In this document: piece by piece, positions 14,111-26,764 of the stretch
Layout: each line of letters begins with the position of its first letter
Position numbering within the stretch: position 1 is the first letter of the stretch
Source: Selaginella moellendorffii
Lineage: Eukaryota > Plantae > Lycopodiophyta
Direction of reading: 5' to 3'
Length of the DNA: 64,000 nt
Assembly (NCBI RefSeq): GCF_000143415.4
Contig: NW_003314329.1
Span: forward strand, 807,763-871,762
Program-made: the position numbers and the translations under genes
Notes under the pieces: generated by a model
Told to the model about the DNA's origin: nothing
Databases searched by the model: none
The model's input: the letters and a program-made list of their open reading frames with translations, nothing else

Positions 14111-15021
14111 TCAGGAAGGACGAGGAGGACGAGGAGGTTTCCGCTGCTCCCTCTTACCGTGAGCAAAGTGGCAGGAATTTCCAAAGCGGCACGTACCATG
14201 GAAGTAGTCGACACACAGCCTTTCTTTGTAGCAGCCAAATCCCACGTCCTGGATGGCATTCCGGCAGCACCGCAAGAGGTAGTCCAGGAGCTGCCTAGCC
14301 CGCTCAATCTGCGGCCAAGACCCGAGGACGACCACGATGCTCTTCTCAGCTTCCTCCTCGTCCGCATAGATTCCCACCTCGACGTTTGTCAAGCGTCGTA
14401 TGAAATCGACATTCTCGCCACCTCTGCCGATCACTGCCCCGGTTACAGATCTGTAGATGTTCAGCCGGAGAGTTTCCGCCGAAGTGTAGAGCTCTGTGTA
14501 GTACTGCGGGTGAGCGAAAGGGCAAGGAGCCAGGTCCTTCGGACAGTAGCGGCAGACCATCCTCGTATCACCGCCGGGCCTCACAGCACCATCGAAAGCG
14601 TAGAAATCACTGGCGATGTTTTCCCTCCGAGCCGATGGTTCTATCTGGCGCAAGACATGAAGATGCTGGCAGCTCCTTGGATTGGGACACCCCGACTGAC
14701 TGCATACAAAGAAAACCACATGGATTCTCATAGATCGATCGGCACTGCTGGAAGAAATAGACTTTACCTGAAGAAATGATCGTAGCAAACCCAGGGCTGA
14801 TAAGGCTGCGGAGGTGTCGACAAGGAGTGGAGAAGCAGCGGATCGAGATAGCGGCCGGAATCACTGCATCGATTAGAAATATCGCATCGATCGATCGATA
14901 GGAAACGCGGAGATTACCCTGGCGGGATATTGAGCGAACCGCTGAGACCTTGCGCAGACGACGATCCTGGATGCTGCGGCTGATGCGGCTGCCTCGGGGT
15001 AGGAAATTCGTGCTCCCTGCA
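14111..15021 (-). CDS. CCCH zinc-finger + KH-domain RNA-binding protein (KHZ-like); 5' exon structure uncertain
   Basis: Spliced CCCH finger CYDHFFSQSGCPNPRSCQHLH, KH loop GAVIGRGGENV and C-terminal CVDYFHGTCRFGNSCHFAH. Confidence 0.8.
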
Positions 15022-15379
15022 TCGGAAAGAGCGGATTGGCACCGAAAATCACAAGCATTTCTACGTTACCGGATGAAATCCGAGAAACAAGCTTGAATCT
15101 CCGTGCTGGAGAACGGTGGAACCACCGGAACGTCGGGAACCGGCTGGACAGAGAAATAACTCGACATTGCGATCGATCGCGCGCCCGCGCCTTAGCCTGA
15201 TCAAGCAAGCAGCACGAGAAGCTGTCTAGAACCCTAGAATATGCCCGCCTTGCATATCATTTCGAAAAGACAAATCTCTACCGTTCAAAAGCTAGATGCT
15301 AATCGTCACCGTTGATGGGCTGAGAAAATCGCCACCGATGGCTGGAGGAATCTCCTTCGCATCTTTTCTAATTCAAAAG

Positions 15380-17621
15380 TTAGGGTTCTTGCTTCCACAG
15401 CAAGAAGGTGGGGAAGCGCGACTGGACGATGGAGAGGAGCGTCTGCTTGTTGGATTTGAGGAGCATGTCCTCAGTCCCCGGGAGCGTCCCGGCGCTCAAT
15501 CGCAGCGCCGCATCAAACAATTGGCCTCGCAGCAGCTGCGACAAGATCACCCCCTTGGCGGCGACGCATTCCTTGTAGAGCGGAATGTAAGCGATGATCA
15601 CCTGGAGCTGGAGCGGGAGCTCGTCCAGATGAAGCGCCGAGTTCCCCTTCTTGAGAACTCTCATCACATTCAAGTGGTGCGCCTCGCCCAGCCTCCGCCC
15701 CCTCGCAAACGCTGCCTCGGACCACTGTTCTTGCAAGAAGCTCCGCAGCTCCGGAGTGATGGCCTCGTCCTCGGAGCGCGAGATCGTGTCTGCGAGCCTG
15801 TAAGTCGCCTCTGGATTGCTCAAGAAATCCGACTGGAGCAGGAACGCGATGCCTCCCAGTGACCCGCTGCTTCGTTCTCCCGCGGCTTTGATGATCTCCA
15901 CGCTGAGAGTTTGCAAGACGTATCTGGGAACTCGAGCGAGGAGGTAGTCCGCCACCTCGAGGCGGCAGCTTGCCGCCGCCGCTGTGAGAGCCAGGCAGAG
16001 TTCCATGTCCTTGCAACCGCGCTCCACAAACCACAGCACCACTTGCATCGAACCTCTCTCCGCAGCTCTCATCAGGGGTCCCAGGAATGCGTCGGCTCCG
16101 CCGTCTTCCACCAGGCATTCCATGGTGTTGATCTTGCAGTAGTGAGCAGCGAATCCCAGAGCCAAGTCTACGTCCAACTCGACATTGCTTCTTCGAGCGA
16201 TCTGCGAGAGAAAAACACGAGTTAAGTAGGCACGATCGGTCAAAGAACTAAAGACGAAAAGAGAGAAGATCGCGCTTGCCTGTAGAAGAATTCGAACGAG
16301 CTCGGTGCTTCCAAATCGCGAGGCCTCGAGGAAGCACTGGTTGACATTATCAGCACCCGCCTCCACGAGGATTCCCAAGAGTCCCTGCATGGCAGTCGCG
16401 GCAATCCCCGTCGCCCACCCCGGATCAATCGCGTTGGAGAAGAGCGTGAGTGGAAAGCACGCAGCGTCGAAAGCTTCCGTGATATCCTTCACAGTCAGCT
16501 TGTTCCCGGCCAGCTCTAGAAACCTCTTGAAAGCCATGAGCTGCATCCTCGACTCGACGATGGAGCTCTGGAGACCGCGGCTGCCTTCCCCTCGACTGAA
16601 CTTCCCTTTGCCTCTCGAGTGAGAGCCAATGCACTTGAGCGCCCAGTCTGTGAATCTTTGCACCTTGGCAGCAGCGTCAGCTTTCATGTCTTCGTTCTCG
16701 TTACTTTCCTTTAGTCTATCGTGTAGCCTGTGTTTAACTCAGAGTTGATCTGTCAGTGCTGCTAGAACTGGGCTTTCTTCCGGTGTCCTTGACAAATAGA
16801 TTGATCCAGGAAGATACCAGTGACGACGATCACCGAGCCTTTCGAAGATACCAGTCGATCGGGAAAACTTATCTCCAGGAAAATTTGATGGATGGACGCT
16901 TCAGTCATGGACTCGTCACCTAGGAAACCCAAGAAGAAAAATGCTATACACTGACACTCGTCCTGCTCGTCTCGAAGAAAAGAAAAGGAAGATCGTCAAG
17001 GAAACGTGTGTACCTTTGAGCCATGACGGTCACCGTGTCCGAGAGAGACATAGTCCGGCTTCTACAAGCCGAGACGCACGAAACCAAGAAGGAAGTACGC
17101 AGCGTTGCTCGCGTGAAATCGTCGGCGCCGGCGTGGATGAGCTTCTCGATCAGCCGCATTGCGCCGGAGAGCTCGTCCTCGGTGCTCAAGAACCACAAAG
17201 AGTCGAGCGCTACGCACAAACCATCGTTGAGGCGCTGTGGATCCGCCAAAGGGATGAAGCTCTCGGCGATCTCCCAGTCATGGCAGCTGACCGCGTTTTG
17301 GAATCGCCGGCCCAGCTCCGTCGCGTCAGCTTCCTCGCTCTTCTTGCCCCTAGACGATAATCTCTTTGGCGATTCGAATCGAAAGCCCTCACCTCGCGAT
17401 AATCCCCCCACTCTCCTGCCACCGCCGCTGCTACTCGTCGTGTGATTCTCACCCATCATACCGCTGCTACTCGCCCTAGATTGCTGCTGTTCTTGCTGCT
17501 GCCGATTGCGCTCCTGCTGCCTCCTGGATCGAATCGCGCTTCCAAGAAGCAAGAATCCGGGCAATGGCAACACATCCTGCTGGCAAATACTGGTGGCCTT
17601 CATGCAAATCCATCGCCTCAT
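15380..17621 (-). CDS. Ankyrin-repeat protein SKIP35-like, 3 exons (start uncertain)
   Basis: DFTRATLRTSFLVSCVSACRSRTMSLSDTVTVMAQRL, NVNQCFLEASRFGSTELVRILLQ and FLGPLMRAAERG. Confidence 0.85.
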
Positions 17622-17837
17622 GGGATCCACATTGCTTCCCACGCGCGGCGCCCTCGCTTTCCCCCCACAAGCCCTAGCCCAAGAACCCTAGAAAGCCTGA
17701 CCGTTGGCCACGTCAACAAAACCCTTCAGCAGATTTGCCGTTAAAAAAGTTATAGGAATAATAAATACCATTTACCTTTAAATATTTTAAGTCTCTCCTT
17801 TAAATTGGATGAGACCAATTTAGGGCTCCTCCTTCCG

Positions 17838-20225
17838 ATGCGGTGGGCGCGCAAGGCGATTGAGCCTCTGGTCTTGCTGCGCTCGCGGAAAGGAGCATCG
17901 TTCTCGTCCTCGGACGCCGGCGCCAGGAGCAAATGGATCAAAGTAGGGTCTGCGAGCTTGGGAGGGATCGGGACGCTGGCGCTGGCTTGGGCGCTCACTG
18001 GCGATGGCGATCGGCAGCGCCGCCTGAAATTGCTGTGGACTGTGCCTCTTCGTCTTGCTCGGGATGTGGCTACAGCCTCGGCCATTGTCGCAGGTGCGAA
18101 TTATCAGTGTTCTAAGTTCCTTCAGTGTTGAATTGCTCGTTTGAGTAGATTATAAGTACTCTCTGTGGGGACTTGAAGAGGGCAGCTTAGAGAAGACTCT
18201 CGCCAAGCATGAAGTTCACTTAAGATGTGCCAATCGACTCCAAGCTCTTTGTTTCAAGAACGGTGGAATTTACATCAAGCTTGGGCAGCACTTGGGGCAA
18301 TTGGTGAGTTTTTTCTGGGTCTTTTGCGTGATACGATTTTATCTTGCGTTTCAGGAGTATCTTATTCCTCCCGAGTACGTCAAAGTGATGCAAGATTCTC
18401 TGCTTGATAAGTGTCCCGTTTCTTCGTATGAACGGGTGTGCGATGTTTTCAAGTCGGAACTTGGTCGTCTCCCTCACGAGGTAAATACGTGTTTTTTCCT
18501 TGCCTTTCAGTCGATTTCTTTTCTTTTTTTTTTCCTTTGGATCACAGGTTTTCGTGGAGTTTGATCCTGAGCCATTTGCAAGTGCTTCTCTGGCTCAAGT
18601 TCATGTGGCTAAAACACACGACGGGAAGAAAGTTGCGGTCAAGGTATGCTTGGATACTGTGGAGCAAGCAGAGACATTTATTTTCCTTTTTTTTTTCCTG
18701 TTTCACTTTCTCGTCACAGGTGCAACACATGCATCTCACGGACTCAGCAGCTGCAGATACAGCTACAGTTGGTTTTGTTGTTAATTTGGTTTACTGGTTG
18801 TTTCCATCTTTTGATTACCGGTACTTCAGCCTCTCGAGCGCTGCATTTCTGCATTTTGCATTTCTACCTCGGAATCATTCCGCTTTTACGTTTACACCTT
18901 GATCTAACAGAGTTTTTGGTACTTCAGGTGGCTCTTGGACGAGGTGAAGGAAAGTCTTCCAAAGGTAAAAGCCTACAAAGTTTTTCGACATTTTTGGCTG
19001 GAAACTTACGCTGAATGCAGGAACTCGACTTCAACAATGAAATTGAGAATGCCAGAATGTGCATGGACAATTTTAAAAAACTCTCGCCGCGTATTGTGCC
19101 ATTTATCTCTGTTCCCGAAGTTCACTTGGAGCTGAGTACCTCTAAGCTGTTAACAATGGAGTTTATCGACGGAATCAAAGTCACGTCGGTGGAGGGAATC
19201 AAGAACCTTGATCTCCGGCCCAACGATGTTGCTAAACTGGTAGGATTCGGACTTGCTTTTGGTAAACTTATTCATATGGTGCTTTGTTAGATAAGCGAGG
19301 CATTTGCACACATGATTTTTCGCCATGGCTTTGTGCATTGCGATCCCCATGCTGCTAATTTACTCGTTAGAGTAGCCCCGAGCGGAGGTGGTATACTTGG
19401 TAAGCTAGAACATCTCTAAGAGTTTCTTATAAAATTTAATGCGGTGTAGGACAGAGGAAACGACCTCAGCTTGTTTTGCTGGATCATGGAATGTACAAAA
19501 CGCTCGAACCATCTATACGAGCACACTACGCTGGACTTTGGAAGGTTCGGAAGCTTCATTTGAAGTCAAAACTTACGATGATATTTTGTCTCGCAGGCTC
19601 TTGTTTTTGCTGATGCTCAGAAGATCAAAGAGCACAGCTTAGGACTGGGAGCTGGAGATTTGTACGTACTTTTTGCTGGAGTACTCACAATGCGGCCGTG
19701 GAGTCGTGTGGTCGAGAGCTCTATAGATCACTTAAACGTCCCACCATCGGAGGAGGGACGCGAAGAGATTCAGGTAGGATGTTTTCACTCTTCAAGCTCA
19801 ATGCCTTAACTTGTATGAAATACTTGCAGATGTACGCCTCGCAATACGTCATGGAGCTCTCGGAGCTCCTGCGAAGGCTTCCTCGAGTTGTGTTGATGCT
19901 ACTCAAGACGAACGATTGCTTGCGAACTGTGGATAGAGCACTGGTATGATTGAATTCGCTAGAGCGTGATGAGACTGATAAGTTTTCGATTGAAATCCAG
20001 GGAGCTCCAGTGAACACTTACGTGATTGTCGGGAGGGAATCCTCTCGAGCACTAGCGAGACTCCAGCTGCGCGAAGGAGGATCGAATTTTTGGTCGTACG
20101 TCAGTGTTTTAGTCCAAAGGCTGGAAGTGGAGCTGCGGCTCTTGAGCCTCCAAGTGATTGCATGGGTGGCTCTTGCATGGGAAAAGATGAACGCATCCAG
20201 GCCGTTGGTTATCCAGCAAGGATAA
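17838..20225 (+). CDS. ABC1/ADCK atypical kinase (ADCK1-like), multi-exon
   Basis: [56 protein letters not shown] and LLDHGMY. Confidence 0.92.
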
Positions 20226-20479
20226 TTAGCACTGTGCCCGGAAGGCTACACTTGTCAAGGTTGTTGACCCTGCGGTGTGACGCGTGGCAGCGCTACCTGG
20301 GGCGTCCACCGCCCGCCACGTGTCTACATGCAGGGCTCGGCCCTGGTGGTTTTTATTCGATGGAAGGAAGGATGAAAATAATCTTGGAAGGACTTGTGAT
20401 TCGAGCATTGGCGAGGGTCTGATCGAGAGGAGTGTGTGAGAGAGAGGAGAGATTCACAGGTTTGATCTATCGATAGGAG

Positions 20480-21794
20480 ATGGAGAGGATCGGGATTGTG
20501 TTGCTGCTGCTGCTGGCATTGGCGGCGGTCGTGGCGCAGGCGCTGGGCACCGCCAAAGAAACGAGCGACAAGGCGTGGGAGGGCGTGAACGATGTCAAGA
20601 ACAAGCAGCAAAAGAAGGTGGAGGAGGCCGCCGACGAGGGGCGAACGTGGACGGATTGGGCGCGCGAGAAGGTTCATTCCTTCGCCGAGACTGGATCGAA
20701 GTAAGTTTCTTTGAAATATTTCGATATTCCGATCGTAGCTTTGGTTTCTATTGATTCAAGATGATTGATCCGTGTGCTCGGTTTGATCTTCAGGGAGGCC
20801 GCCGAGCAGAACGAAGCCATGAAGAATGTGGCAGACGATTTAGCTCGCAAGGTGTCCGAGCCTTTCGAAGAAGGTAAGAACATTGTAAACGATGTTCTTC
20901 ACAAAGCCAGCGAGCATCTGCATGCAGTGAAAGAGAAGATCACGCAGACAGTCTCAGGTTCTAAGATTGCTTTTTCTTTCTAACGCCCAGCGTGATCCAT
21001 TCCATGCAGGAGGAAAGCAAAACGCGAACAAAGCCCAGGAGAAAACCAAGGAGACTGTCAAGAGTGGGAGTGAGAAAGCCCAAGGCACTGCGAAAGAAGC
21101 CGCCAGAAGCGCCAGTGGAAAGTTTGAAGATCTCTCGAGCGAGGCCCAGCGCGTGGCAGCCGAGGCAAAGCACAAGGCTGGGAGCACTGCCGGGCAAGCC
21201 CAAGAGAAAGTGGCGGATGCCAAGGATGCCGCTCAGAAGCAGGCCGAGGATGCCGCAAAGGCTGCCAAGGAGAAGACCAGCGAGACTGGCGAGAAGATCA
21301 AGGAGGTGACCGAGCGAGCAAGCAGCGAGGCGAGTGAGAAGCTCAAGAGCGCCAAAGACTCGATCGGCAGTGGAGCCAATTACGCGAAGGAGAAGGCCGA
21401 GGGGCTCACTGGATCGGCCAAAGAACAGGGGAGCGAGGTCACCAAGAAAGCCAAGGAAGCCAAAGATCAAGCGAGTGAGACCACCAAGAATGCCAAAGAT
21501 CAAGCGAGTGAGTCCGCCAAGAAGGCCAAGGATCAAGCGAGTGAATCGGCCAAGAAGGCCAAGGATCAAGCGAGTGAATCCACCAAGAAGACCACAGAGC
21601 AGGGAAGTGACGCTGCGAAGAAAGCTCAGGAGAAAGTGGATGCTGCGAAGCAGGCTGTGAATGAGAAGTCCGAGGCTGCGAGCAAGAGTGGTAGCGAGAA
21701 GGCAAAATCTCAATACGAGTCCGCCAAGGAGGCCGCGTCCAAGGCCACGGGCGAGTTGGGCGAGAAGTTGAGAGCTTCGCGCGACGAGCTGTAG
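20480..21794 (+). CDS. Late embryogenesis abundant protein (group 3-like) with signal peptide and ER-retention signal RDEL
   Basis: Hydrophobic N-terminus, A/K/E/S-rich 11-mer repeats (AKDQASESAKK) and C-terminal RDEL. Confidence 0.85.
21455..21590 (+). repeat. 33-nt coding tandem repeat, about 4 copies (AKDQASESAKK)
   Basis: gccaaggatcaagcgagtgaatc... recurs with a 33-nt period. Confidence 0.85.
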
Positions 21795-22009
21795 AACAAG
21801 AACTACGTACCATTCTCTCGTTCGAGCTCGATCTGGTTGATATCACTTTTTGTGCTTGCTCGTTTGTCTACTAGTACTCCATTCAGTCAGATAAAAGCTT
21901 TCGTGTAAGATTGATCGCGCTGTGCAATCCAGGTGTTAGTATCAGAGCTAGAGTGTCGGTGCTTACCTTGGATTCGTGGAAAAAGCTTGGATCATAGCGA
22001 TGATCCAAG

Positions 22010-23012
22010 TTACGAGTTTGTCGTACACTCGAGAGGTGGCGATTCGTACGCGCTACAGTAGTCGTCGATCATATAGTTGCGCCGGACGAATGAGAGATTT
22101 CCTTGGAGCTGATCATTCCATTTGAGTGAGCTCCACCACCTTTGGCTGTTAGTGTCGGTGATCTTGGCGTGACAATCATCTGGAGAAGTCTCGCAGTATT
22201 GGCAAGCGTCGATGGTAAATCCTCGGTAGAACGCTACGAATGGAGCGTGATCCCAGTCCACGGAGGAGGAGCCCCAGATGTTCGTGTAGATTCCCATGGG
22301 TTTCGTGCTCGGGTATGGATCCGTGGTGTTCTTGAAGACCCGGACTGGAATGTCGTCCACCATGAATCTGGAAAGAGCTAGCATTCGATCAAAGAACTCA
22401 CTTCAAGAACTCTCACAACTTACATTACTTGGAAAGGATTCCAGACGAACGAGTAGAAATGGAAGTCGGCAGTGGGATCAAACCAGAGCTTGAATCGCTG
22501 CTCGCGCTTTCCCTTGCCGCTCACGAAGAGATTCGTCTGGAGTGTGTAGGACTGGCCAGTGGAATTCCCCAAGAACTCGAAATCCAACTCGTCGCGATCG
22601 TCCGTGAGCGAGGAGAGCTGCCACAACGAAGAGAGGATCGATCGCCATGGTGAAAATCTCTTACCATGTAAGCCACGATCGTGCCGGACGAATCGTAGGG
22701 TACGAGCTTGATCTGGAGGCCCAGCTGCCCAAACAAGAACCTGTCCTTGGATCCAAATCCAGCGCCGGAGTCGCGATCGAGCCTCAGATCGACCTCCTGG
22801 CCATGGCCGATCACGTCGACGTGATCCGGCGCCCAGGTAATATCGTAGTTGCCAGAGAAGGAAGACGCCGAGGAGGAAGACGAGGAGGACGAGGAGGATC
22901 TTGCGCGCCTAGCCGCGCCTACACTGCCACCGATCACTAGAATGGCTATGGCGGCGACGATAAGAGCTACCATGACCTTCTTCTTCTTTCTCCTGTGAAG
23001 AAATGCCGCCAT
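22010..23012 (-). CDS. Xyloglucan endotransglucosylase/hydrolase (GH16, XTH), 3 exons
   Basis: Signal peptide, SGAGFGSK, catalytic [28 protein letters not shown], and C-terminal [11 protein letters not shown]...ECT. The start could instead be the Met at 22973. Confidence 0.92.
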
Positions 23013-23056
23013 TTTGTGGTGAGAGAAAGAGCCCTAGGTTTTGGAAGCGCGGATCG

Positions 23057-26000
23057 ATGGAGGGGAGGATTCCCTCCTGGCGACTGCGCGGCCATTCTCT
23101 GGATCCTTGCGGGACGATCCGCGCCAGCAGCGCCTGGGTGCTCGATTCACGGCAAGAAAACGAGCTCGGGGATTTCAGCGTTCCAGGTTTGGCTCGCCAA
23201 GCTCAAGATCGTCGAGCGAAGGAGGATTTCGACCGCGAGCTCGCCGATGCCAGCCCTCCAGCTGTGATTTCTCGAGCTCGCGGCGAGGATGAGCTTGATC
23301 GAAATATCGATGTTCTTGAGAGGGGTACCAGCGGCATGCGTGCCACGATCTCGGCGGCGCCGCAGGCATCGCTGTTCCAAACTGGAACAGGGAAATCGGT
23401 CCAGGTATCTGGCGCCGCGATGAAGAGAGCATTGGCCCTACTCAGCAACGAAGATGCTGCCACTCCGAGCAAGAAGAGATCGAATGTGGAAGAACCAGCA
23501 TTGGGATTTTCATCGCCAGGGGGAGGAGCAAACGCTTTGTTCCAGACAGCTAATGGAAAGAGTGTTCCAATCTCTTCCACGGCGCTCAACAAGGCAAGGT
23601 CGCTACTTGGTGGCGCAGAGAGCAATCGAGACGATGCATCAAAGCTCAAAGGATTTTCCACTCCAGGCTTTCGTGGAGGTCTCTCAAGGTTGCCTGCTTC
23701 AGTGCCACCATTCAAGCAGCCGCGACGTCGGTGGGTTTTCTCTCTTTTTGTTTTTCTTTCTCTCTGTTGTTTCGTTGAAGAATTCTTTTGTTCTTGGATA
23801 TAGATTTACTTCTCCAATGGCTTTGGCATCCGTCAAGCGTTTCCAGCTGCCGAAAGATGGAAGCTCCACGGACACGCGCACGCTTTTGCCTTTGAGTGAG
23901 ATTGATGGAAACAAGCCCCGTGCTCCTGCGAATCGGATGGCCATTGAGCTGAATGCAATTGGTCGTGAGAAAGGATTCCGGTTGCCACCTCGAGTGAAGT
24001 TGCGGGAATATTTTCAGCACCCGCCTCATCAAGTTGACAAGGTATGTCGAACGCTGTCATAACAAGACTGACGAACTTTTCATCCTGTAAAGCACTTGGT
24101 GTTTGTACCAAAGGAGATCCTATGCATGACATCGGATACTGCCAGGGATTACAAGATGAAACTGCTGTGCGGGAAGGCTGGTGCCTCTGAGCTTCGAAAC
24201 ATGCTTTTGGAAGGCGGTGCGAAACCGCATTTGGCAACCAACGAGTAAGCTTTTTATGATTTTGATTCTTCGTGCAAAAATTAGCTCGTGTTCTTGCTAG
24301 ATGGGTGGAAAATCACTATAGATGGATCGTTTGGAAACTCGCATCGCAACAACGTTCATATCCTCGAAAAGCCCGAGGATTTCTTTGCTTACGTAACGTC
24401 CTTCGCGAGTTGAAGTACCGGTATGTGGTGTTTGTTCTGCACTTAAACCTCTAGCGACCGTGTGTTTGTCACAGGTATGTGAAGGAAATCGAAAATGGAC
24501 ACCGATCAGTCTTAAGGAAAATTTGTGAAAGAGATGCTTCGGCGGCACACACGATGATTCTGTGCATTTCAGCCGTGCGGAAGACGGGTGAAGAAAGAAA
24601 TGAAAGCTGTCTAGTGGAAGTTACTGACGGATGGTAAGAGAACATGTAGGTAATAGTGCCATCTAACCTCATATTTCAGCTCTTGATCCAGGTATTGCCT
24701 GAATGCTGCATTGGACGCACCTCTATCGAAACAGCTGAAAGCAGGAAAGGTTTTCGTTGGACAAAAATTGCAGGTAACCGGCTTAAGCACCTCAAATTCT
24801 TGAGTGCCACCTCTTTTCAGATATCTGGCGCTTCGCTAACCGGCGCAATTGGTGGTCTTCCCCCTCTCGAGGTGTGGTGTTTCTTTTTTCTCTTCTATTA
24901 ACTGCTTGTTTTATCTTTCTCTTCAGGCTTTTAGCGTCGCCTATTTGGCTGTGCACATCAATGGTACTTACAGAGCACACTGGGCAGATCCGTTGGGAGC
25001 TCGTAAGTTCTTTGACTGATTTCCTTTGTTGCTGGTTATGTTGACCAAGCGCAAGCCTTGGCAATTCCAGGCAGGCAGCGTCCTCTACCATTGGCGTTTA
25101 GATGTATCAAAGCTGACGGCGGAATTGTTTCTTCAACTTGCATAGCTATTACGCGGATATATCCGCTTCTTTATAAAGAAAAGTAAGCATAATGCTCTTT
25201 GTTCGTATATTGATTTTCTTTTTAATTTGGCACAGGCTGAAAGACGGGATGTTTGTAGTCAGAACTACAAGAGCAGAGAACGCCGCGCAGATGAACTTCG
25301 AGCAAAGGTTGGAACATGTAGATGCATTCTTTCTATTGCTGACTCTAGATTTTGCAGAAGAGCAAATATTGCAGAAGACGTGATGGCTAATTTCCAAAGT
25401 GACGCTGAGGCTTTCAACGAAGATGAAAGGTTTCATGAAGGAGCAAAGTTGTACCAGCTTCTGGAGGGTGCTTCTGATCCTGAAGTGGTGATGGCGGACA
25501 TGACAAGCGAGGATCACGCGGCTCTTTCGGCTTATCAAGCGAGGAAACTGGTAGGCTCGTAAGCTTTAATGCATGCCTTGTTCTCTAAGCTCGCTTCTTG
25601 TAGTGTTCGAGCCAGGCTGCTGTGGAGAAACATGTGCAGAAAGCTCTTGAACATGCTAACCTTCATTCCAGGGATGTTACTCCATTTCTGAAAATTGGCG
25701 TCACTGGACTCCAATCTAACTTTATTGACGTCGCGAACTCAAATGGTTCCATCATGATTTGGAACCCAAGCGATACTCTGGTATGTGCATTCTTTCACTA
25801 TTGATTGTTTAATCTTTGTTTGTAGACCAGGGAATTGGTAGAAGGAGCTGCTTACGTGGTTTCGAATTTGAAGCCGGCACCGCAATCCCGAGCGGGGAAT
25901 CGTCTCCTAAGCGCCAACAAGTCGTCAAGGTGGCGAAAAATATCCTCCAAAGGGTTTACGTATGTAATGCTTCTTTCGCTTTGTCTTTCCTGACGCTGGA

Positions 26001-26656
26001 TAGTCTTTCCAGATTCGAGTTCACTCCTCGTCAAGGATTACAGCTCTCGAGTCTAGTGGAAGTTCGAGCCTACAGGTACACACGCTTCTCTTTGTTTTCC
26101 ATTTGACGAGTTTGCGTTGGATTGCAGTGAATTCGACGCTGCTGCTCTAGTCATATTTGTGGGTGAAGTTTACAAGAGCGGCGATCGCTTGAGGCAATGG
26201 GTGTTTGTATCGGACGGCTCAATGCAAGAGGGCGAAGCAGCATTACTGGCCATCGACTTCTCGGCCTCAGCGGACTCGTTCTTACAGTTCGAGTCCGCCT
26301 ACTCCAACACAGTGGTAGGCTTTTAAGTTCATTCCCTTGTTTGTGAGTCCTGTGTGATTCTGGGTTGTCAAATTGTCAACCAGGTTGGATTTTGCAACCT
26401 CGTGAAGCAACACCCGGACGAGAGGAACCAAATGTGGGTTGCGGAGGCCACAAATCTCACGATTTACTCGTCCAAGCTCAGCTCGAGCGGGTATCACCAC
26501 TTGTCCAAGCCTGCTGGATTGGTTTCGCGCTGGGCAAACACCTCGCCTCAGGTAACCAAGCTTCCTTTCTCGAAATCGAGCACAGCTCTCTTCTTTTCAC
26601 AGGCGATCGAGTGTTTGCGGCACCGAGTCTTGCAAATCCTTTCGGATGGAACGTAG
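23057..26656 (+). CDS. BRCA2: BRCA2 homolog, compact, multi-exon
   Basis: Two BRC repeats (LFQTGTGKSVQVS, LFQTANGKSVPIS), helical domain WVENHYRWIVWKLAS, ELKYRY, OB1 VEVTDGWY, HINGTYRAHW and OB3 EFDAAALVIFVG. Confidence 0.92.
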
Positions 26657-26764
26657 AAACAAGATATTCGTTTTCTTTCTCCTTTACAGCGAAACTATAT
26701 CCTTTTGTGAGAGTTTTTCTTGTATAGATATGTATAGTTTACATGCTTCGCATTTTTTTACTTT

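Noticed and set aside
12134-17744. Many overlapping 100-200 aa ORFs opposite the PKS, KH-CCCH and SKIP35-like genes
   Set aside because: GC-rich antisense or alternative frames of recognised genes, with no motifs.
20961-21713. 250-aa Leu-rich minus-strand ORF
   Set aside because: Antisense shadow of the repetitive LEA exon.
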